Source of the DNA: a virus
Taxonomy: Duplodnaviria > Heunggongvirae > Uroviricota > Caudoviricetes
Direction: 5' to 3' (one strand)
DNA length: 3,483 bases
IMG/VR virus record: IMGVR_UViG_2728369593_000026
Coordinates: 1 to 3,483 of that record
The notes below the pieces were generated by a model. That model saw only the letters and a list, made by a program, of their open reading frames with translations, had not been told where the DNA came from and ran no database searches. A program made the translations under genes and the position numbers. This document shows positions 1-3,483 of the stretch, piece by piece (positions within the stretch are counted from its first letter, which is position 1; each line of letters opens with the position of its first letter).

Positions 1-99
1 CCTCGTAGTGTTAAACGTTATGGTGAAATTAGTGGAAATGTAGGTACAGAAACCCGTCCACGAAATATTGCATTTAACTTTCTGGTGAGGGCTAAATAA
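1..99 (+). CDS. Tail-fibre protein, C-terminal end (5'-truncated by window edge); variable receptor-binding portion of the + orientation
   Basis: Frame 1 is open from the window edge to TAA at 97-99, translating ...PRSVKRYGEISGNVGTETRPRNIAFNFLVRAK*. It sits immediately upstream of a tfa gene, the usual stf-tfa arrangement. The homology is recalled, not searched. Confidence 0.55.
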   Translation, partial: PRSVKRYGEISGNVGTETRPRNIAFNFLVRAK

Positions 100-132
100 T
101 GAAACCTTTTTGATGAAAATGGGCTGGCTACA

Positions 133-690
133 GTGCCGGGCGATATGCGTTGTTTTTATTATAATGCAGTAACGTATGAATATACCGGCTGGTCTGATGA
201 ATATATTAATACTGGCGTAAGTATGCCCGCCTGTTCCACTGGTATTGACCCGAGCGAAAACATTCCGGGAAAAGTGGCAGTATTTACGGGTAAGGGATGG
301 AGCCATGAAGAAGACCATCGCAATGAGACCGTTTACTCAACTGAAAATGGCGCAGCTGTTACAGTGGATTATATCGGTGCCATCAAAGACGGTTATGTCA
401 CGCTTTCACCGTTAACGCCATACGATAAATGGGATGGTGAGAAATGGGTGACGGATACCGAGGCACAGCATAGCGCCGCAGTAGAAGCGGCAGAAGCACA
501 GCGCCAGTCGCTGATTGATGCTGCAATGGCTTCCATCAGTCTGATTCAACTGAAATTACAGGCCGGGCGGAAGCTGACGCAGCCAGAAAACACCCGACTT
601 AACGCTGTGCTGGATTATATTGACGCGGTGACGGCAACAGATACCAGCACAGCGCCGGACGTCATCTGGCATGAACTGCCGGAGGCGTAG
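133..690 (+). CDS. tfa: Tail-fibre assembly protein (Tfa/U family chaperone)
   Basis: 185-codon ORF ending TAG at 688-690. It aligns in my recollection with lambda Tfa (e.g. AVF..EEDHR..TVY and DKWDGEKWVTDTEA against lambda QKWNGTAWVKDTEA) and carries the C-terminal DTSTAPD motif. The start is uncertain: GTG at 133 or ATG at 145, both with weak Shine-Dalgarno sequences; in-frame stops at 97-102 exclude anything earlier. Confidence 0.85.
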   Translation: MPGDMRCFYYNAVTYEYTGWSDEYINTGVSMPACSTGIDPSENIPGKVAVFTGKGWSHEEDHRNETVYSTENGAAVTVDYIGAIKDGYVTLSPLTPYDKWDGEKWVTDTEAQHSAAVEAAEAQRQSLIDAAMASISLIQLKLQAGRKLTQPENTRLNAVLDYIDAVTATDTSTAPDVIWHELPEA

Positions 691-1105
691 GCCATTCAAT
701 ATCTGGCGCACCGGAAGTATCGACCAGCTCCAGTGCGTCCAGATAATCCAGCCACAAATTATATTGCGCCAGTTCCTCACCTTTCAGGCGACCAATCGCT
801 GCTTTACCAGGCCATTGCTTACTGTTTATGTATTCGTTGACCTGATTAATCAATTGCTGCTTTTCCAGCGCGGCTGCGGCAATTTGTTCCTCATGAGTTG
901 GCGGTGGAATTTCCCCCCAGGTGGGAAGGCCATCATCACCCGCGATGCGTACTTTCCCTTGCAACGTTCTGTCTTCAATAAATTCCATGTAAGTGTCATA
1001 TGTCACTTCGACAACATCAGCAAGTTCCCATCCGGCCTGTTCATATTTCGCCGCATCATTTTTAGCGAAAAAACTATTATTTGAGGCGCTATAAACCATT
1101 TCCAT
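662..1105 (-). CDS. Alternate tail-fibre assembly protein (Tfa'/U'-like) belonging to the opposite-orientation cassette
   Basis: 147-aa ORF with ATG at 1103-1105 (reverse strand) and stop at 662-664. Its C-terminus carries the same Tfa signature (LWLDYLDALELVDTSGAPDIEWP) as the + strand Tfa. It lies directly downstream of the minus-strand fibre cassette, with one nucleotide between that stop and this start. Confidence 0.8.
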   Translation of the reverse strand: MEMVYSASNNSFFAKNDAAKYEQAGWELADVVEVTYDTYMEFIEDRTLQGKVRIAGDDGLPTWGEIPPPTHEEQIAAAALEKQQLINQVNEYINSKQWPGKAAIGRLKGEELAQYNLWLDYLDALELVDTSGAPDIEWPTPPAVHAR

Positions 1106-1106
1106 A

Positions 1107-1505
1107 TTAATACCCTACTGCAATATAAAAAACTGATTCACCAGCGTCCTGAGCACCTGTCCCCGGAATTCCAGACCAGCCTTTGTTAATGAATGCAAAA
1201 CCGGTATTACTCAGATCAGATGCTCTGTACATCGGGCTGAATATCCAGTAGTTGGCTGCATATGTTTGTCCGAAAACAATGCCATAGCACTGATTTGTAA
1301 ATGGCGTAGAAAATAATTTTCCACCATTACCAGCGATAGCACCGAATCGCATCTGGAATCCATTAGGGAAATTAACGCCACCCGATGGGGAAGACCAGTA
1401 AGACATATCAGGTATCTGATTATCTCCTGTGCCCACATCCCTTTTCGCCGCTTCTCCTAAACCAACGTTTATGAAAATACAGAAATAACGAGCAAATGGC
1501 ATCAT
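1107..1505 (-). CDS. Alternate tail-fibre C-terminal (variable) cassette, Sv'-like; appears promoter-less and unfused in this orientation
   Basis: Minus-strand ORF ending TAA (reverse of 1107-1109), Gly/Asn/Ser-rich like phage fibre tips (…GTGDNQIPDMSYWSSPSGGVNFPNGF…). The reading frame runs through the crossover site at 1452-1477 and stops being meaningful beyond it; the ATG at 1505 is probably not a real start. This is the expected layout for a cassette that becomes fused to the constant fibre 5' part after inversion. Confidence 0.7.
   Translation of the reverse strand: MMPFARYFCIFINVGLGEAAKRDVGTGDNQIPDMSYWSSPSGGVNFPNGFQMRFGAIAGNGGKLFSTPFTNQCYGIVFGQTYAANYWIFSPMYRASDLSNTGFAFINKGWSGIPGTGAQDAGESVFYIAVGY
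1452..1477. other. Din-family invertase crossover site (pix/gix/hix-like), right boundary of the invertible segment
   Basis: TTCTCCTAAACC-AA-CGTTTATGAAAA: two 12-bp half-sites in inverted orientation (9 of 12 positions symmetric) around a 2-bp AA core. It fits the recalled consensus TTnTCnnAAACC-NN-GGTTTnnGAnAA and the hixL sequence TTCTTGAAAACCAAGGTTTTTGATAA. It lies 55 bp upstream of the invertase start and inside the minus-strand fibre reading frame, as gixR does in Mu. Confidence 0.75.
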
Positions 1506-1531
1506 TCCTGCTTTTGTCAGGGAGAGCTACC

Positions 1532-2086
1532 ATGCTTATTGGCTATGTACGTGTGTCAACAAATGACCAGAACACAGATCTACAACGTAATGCGCTGAAC
1601 TGTGCAGGATGCGAGCTGATTTTTGAAGACAAGATAAGCGGTACAAAGTCCGAAAGGCCGGGACTGAAAAAACTGCTCAGGACATTATCGGCAGGTGATA
1701 CGCTGGTGGTCTGGAAACTGGACCGACTGGGGCGCAGTATGCGGCATCTTGTCGTGCTGGTGGAGGAGTTGCGCGAACGAGGCATCAACTTTCGTAGTCT
1801 GACGGATTCAATTGATACCAGTACCCCAATGGGGCGCTTTTTCTTCCATGTGATGGGTGCCCTGGCTGAAATGGAGCGTGAACTGATTGTTGAACGAACA
1901 AAAGCTGGACTGGAAGCTGCTCGCGCACAGGGACGAATTGGCGGTCGCCGTCCCAAACTTTCACCAGAACAATGGGCACAGGCCGGACGATTAATTACAT
2001 CAGGAGTTCCTCGCCAGAAGGTGGCGATCATCTATGATGTTGGCGTATCGACTTTGTATAAGAAGTTTCCGGTCGGAGATAAATGA
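1532..2086 (+). CDS. pin: Serine site-specific DNA invertase, Pin/Gin/Cin/Hin (Din) family
   Basis: 184-aa ORF starting ATG at 1532, with GGGAGAG Shine-Dalgarno at 1520-1526. The N-terminus MLIGYVRVSTNDQNTDLQRNAL carries the catalytic Ser9 in the VRVSTNDQ motif; the resolvase-type catalytic domain (GDTLVVWKLDRLGRS) and C-terminal helix-turn-helix (VAIIYDVGVSTLYKK) follow. It is near-identical in my memory to E. coli PinE/PinR. The ORF-track start at 1496 is rejected as a spurious upstream extension. Confidence 0.95.
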   Translation: MLIGYVRVSTNDQNTDLQRNALNCAGCELIFEDKISGTKSERPGLKKLLRTLSAGDTLVVWKLDRLGRSMRHLVVLVEELRERGINFRSLTDSIDTSTPMGRFFFHVMGALAEMERELIVERTKAGLEAARAQGRIGGRRPKLSPEQWAQAGRLITSGVPRQKVAIIYDVGVSTLYKKFPVGDK

Positions 2087-2390
2087 AACCGCAGCACGTC
2101 GTATGCAAGAACGTGCCACGGCTGGCTGATGGACGTTCGATAGCGCGAGTTTGAATGAAAATCAGCCGGAGATGATTTTACATAATTGCTACGGAATTAT
2201 TCAATACAGGGATTGCTTGTGTCTGCATGGATTGACCTGAAATAGTCCCGAAAATTTCTCTAAAAAACTCGAAAAAAATGGTAACTAATTGAATGTATTA
2301 ATATGCAATGGTACGTGTTTGGGATTAAAAGATGAACGTAATTTTGTTTAACACATTAATTTTAAATGATTTTCTTGTTTGTTGACGAAA

Positions 2391-2416
2391 ACAGGAATCG
2401 TGTTCGGTCTCTTTTT
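2391..2416 (+). terminator. sdsR: Hairpin plus T-tract matching the 3' end and intrinsic terminator of sRNA SdsR (RyeB); probable attR core at the prophage-chromosome junction
   Basis: ACAGGAATCGTGTTCGGTCTCTTTTT is 25 of 26 identical to the SdsR 3' end as I recall it (…ACAGGAAUCGUAUUCGGUCUCUUUUU). It is a stem-loop followed by a T5 run on the + strand, immediately upstream of pphA, which matches the known pphA-sdsR synteny. The conserved 5' part of SdsR is absent upstream, where AT-rich DNA sits instead. Confidence 0.55.
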
Positions 2417-2550
2417 ATCTGTTAAAAGCCAGAAGCATTCCCTTCGCTGACTTTATAGTCAACCATAACACACACTCTACTGTCTGAGTCCAGCGTTTTT
2501 TAACATTCTTGTTAAGATTATGTGATCTTTAGCGCGGGAGGAAAATATTG

Positions 2551-3207
2551 ATGAAACAGCCTGCGCCCATTTATCAGAGAATTGCGGGTCATCAATGGCG
2601 ACATATCTGGCTTTCAGGCGATATACACGGTTGTCTTGAGCAATTGCGCCGCAAATTATGGCATTGTCGTTTTGATCCGTGGCGAGATTTACTTATCTCA
2701 GTGGGAGACGTTATCGATCGTGGGCCGCAAAGTTTACGTTGCCTGCAGTTACTGGAACAACATTGGGTTCGTGCGGTAAGAGGCAATCATGAACAGATGG
2801 CGATGGATGCGCTGGCATCCCGGCAGATGTCTTTATGGTTGATAAATGGCGGCGACTGGTTTATTGCGCTGGCAGATAATCAACAGAAACAAGCGAAAAC
2901 GGCGCTGGAAAAATGTCAGCATTTGCCCTTTATTCTTGAATTACACAGTCGCACCGGCAAACATGTTATTGCTCATGCCGATTATCCAGATGATGTCTAT
3001 GAATGGCAAAAGGACGTCGATTTGCATCAGGTCTTGTGGAGCCGCTCGCGATTAGGTGAACGCCAAAAAGGGCAGGGAATTGCAGGTGCTGATCATTTCT
3101 GGTTTGGTCATACACCTTTGCGCCATCGCGTGGATATTGGCAACCTGCATTATATTGATACCGGTGCTGTCTTTGGGGGAGAACTGACTCTTGTGCAATT
3201 GCAATAA
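2551..3207 (+). CDS. pphA: Serine/threonine protein phosphatase 1 (PrpA/PphA), calcineurin-like metallophosphoesterase
   Basis: 218-aa ORF starting ATG at 2551, with GGGAGG Shine-Dalgarno at 2535-2540. It carries the metallophosphatase motifs GDIHG, GDVIDRG and GNHE. The sequence MKQPAPIYQRIAGHQWRHIWLSGDIHGCLEQL… matches my recollection of E. coli PphA. The ORF-track start at 2548 is a TTG one codon upstream and is rejected in favour of the ATG. Confidence 0.92.
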   Translation: MKQPAPIYQRIAGHQWRHIWLSGDIHGCLEQLRRKLWHCRFDPWRDLLISVGDVIDRGPQSLRCLQLLEQHWVRAVRGNHEQMAMDALASRQMSLWLINGGDWFIALADNQQKQAKTALEKCQHLPFILELHSRTGKHVIAHADYPDDVYEWQKDVDLHQVLWSRSRLGERQKGQGIAGADHFWFGHTPLRHRVDIGNLHYIDTGAVFGGELTLVQLQ

Positions 3208-3399
3208 TTAAAAATCACCGTACTCCTGTGCAGGTCGCCAGAAACCATCTATAAAATCCTCAATCGGAAAACAACCGCCATGGCGGATCCGTTGATCGCT
3301 CATAGAATAAAGACACTGCTGTTCCGTGTTGTAGACATCCACAACAATATCTTCACAACCGCCATCCAGGTAGCAAACAAAAAGTACCAGCGCGAACAT
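3208..3399 (-). CDS. yebW: Small conserved hypothetical protein, 63 aa, consistent with YebW
   Basis: Minus-strand ORF with ATG at 3397-3399, preceded by GGGGA, and stop at 3208-3210: MFALVLFVCYLDGGCEDIVVDVYNTEQQCLYSMSDQRIRHGGCFPIEDFIDGFWRPAQEYGDF. Size and position next to pphA match what I recall for E. coli yebW. The frame stays open upstream to the window edge, so a longer form cannot be excluded. Confidence 0.55.
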   Translation of the reverse strand: MFALVLFVCYLDGGCEDIVVDVYNTEQQCLYSMSDQRIRHGGCFPIEDFIDGFWRPAQEYGDF

Positions 3400-3483
3400 T
3401 TCATCCCCGAAGTGTGGTGCCGTACCGTTAAGTTTAGGAGAGATTTTACAACGGGGGAATAACCCGGACAAATAACCCGCCAT

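Noticed and set aside
94-119. Possible second crossover-like site between the fibre stop and tfa
   Set aside because: It shares only the AAACC core and a GATGAAAA right arm with the site at 1452-1477 and has no dyad symmetry of its own. The position, between the variable fibre part and tfa, is also not where crossover sites sit in Mu, P1 or e14.
556-780. 74-aa minus-strand ORF, plus a 75-aa minus-strand ORF at 1211-1438
   Set aside because: Both overlap stronger homologous genes (tfa and tfa', and the fibre cassette) in alternative frames, with no supporting start signals or homology.
671-1084. 137-aa + strand ORF
   Set aside because: It lies entirely antisense to the well-supported minus-strand tfa' gene. 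The protein is low-complexity and Arg/Phe/Ile-rich with no recognisable motif; a typical shadow ORF.
1496-1531. Upstream ATG at 1496 as the invertase start (MASFLLLSGRAT-MLIGY…)
   Set aside because: Din-family invertases begin MLIGYVRVSTNDQ with the catalytic Ser at position 9, and the ATG at 1532 has a good Shine-Dalgarno sequence. The extension would also overlap the crossover-site region.
1543-2031. 162-aa and 64-aa minus-strand ORFs inside pin (the second at 1785-1979)
   Set aside because: They are antisense to the highly conserved invertase gene. The Arg/Ser/Pro-rich translation is typical of the reverse frame of a GC-balanced coding region.
2582-3055. Three small ORFs inside pphA (2582-2779 +, 2592-2786 -, 2846-3055 +)
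   Set aside because: They are alternative-frame or antisense ORFs within the clearly homologous phosphatase gene.
2551-3207. pphA as phage cargo, by analogy with the lambda Ser/Thr phosphatase in the nin region
   Set aside because: It lies beyond the putative att core and SdsR terminator and is flanked by a yebW-like gene, consistent with the native chromosomal pphA locus rather than prophage cargo.
3280-3462. 60-aa + strand ORF
   Set aside because: It is antisense to the yebW-like ORF and has no recognisable features; probably a shadow ORF.
3208-3483. Extended 91-aa form of the minus-strand ORF, starting at the window edge
   Set aside because: The internal ATG at 3397-3399 has a GGGGA ribosome-binding site and gives a 63-aa product matching the recalled size of YebW. 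The longer frame may just be open upstream sequence, which cannot be resolved without flanking sequence.
1-3483. Novel defence or other undescribed system, CRISPR array, toxin-antitoxin pair or rRNA/tRNA gene
   Set aside because: There are no repeat-spacer arrays, tRNA-like structures or unexplained operons. Every ORF of significant length is accounted for by tail-fibre, invertase, phosphatase or yebW homology, and the only unexplained DNA is the roughly 300-bp AT-rich phage arm.

Overview
This window reads as the right-hand end of a lambdoid/e14-like prophage joined to enterobacterial chromosome at the sdsR(ryeB)/ryeA small-RNA locus. From left to right: the last 33 codons of a tail-fibre gene (+), a tail-fibre assembly gene tfa (+), a convergent alternate tfa' (-), an alternate tail-fibre C-terminal cassette (-), a 26-bp Din-family crossover site (pix/gix/hix-like), and a Pin/Gin/Hin-type serine invertase (+). 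This is the classic invertible host-range switch (Mu G segment, P1 C segment, e14 P region); the window holds its right half plus the invertase. Downstream lies an AT-rich ORF-free tract ending in a hairpin and T-run that matches, from memory, the 3' end of sRNA SdsR, then pphA (Ser/Thr protein phosphatase 1) and a convergent 63-codon ORF consistent with yebW. I see no evidence of a novel defence or other undescribed system; everything is explained by known modules. The most interesting points are the exact crossover site, the apparently silent orientation of the minus-strand cassette, and the prophage junction inside an sRNA gene. All protein identifications rest on recalled homology and could not be checked by search.
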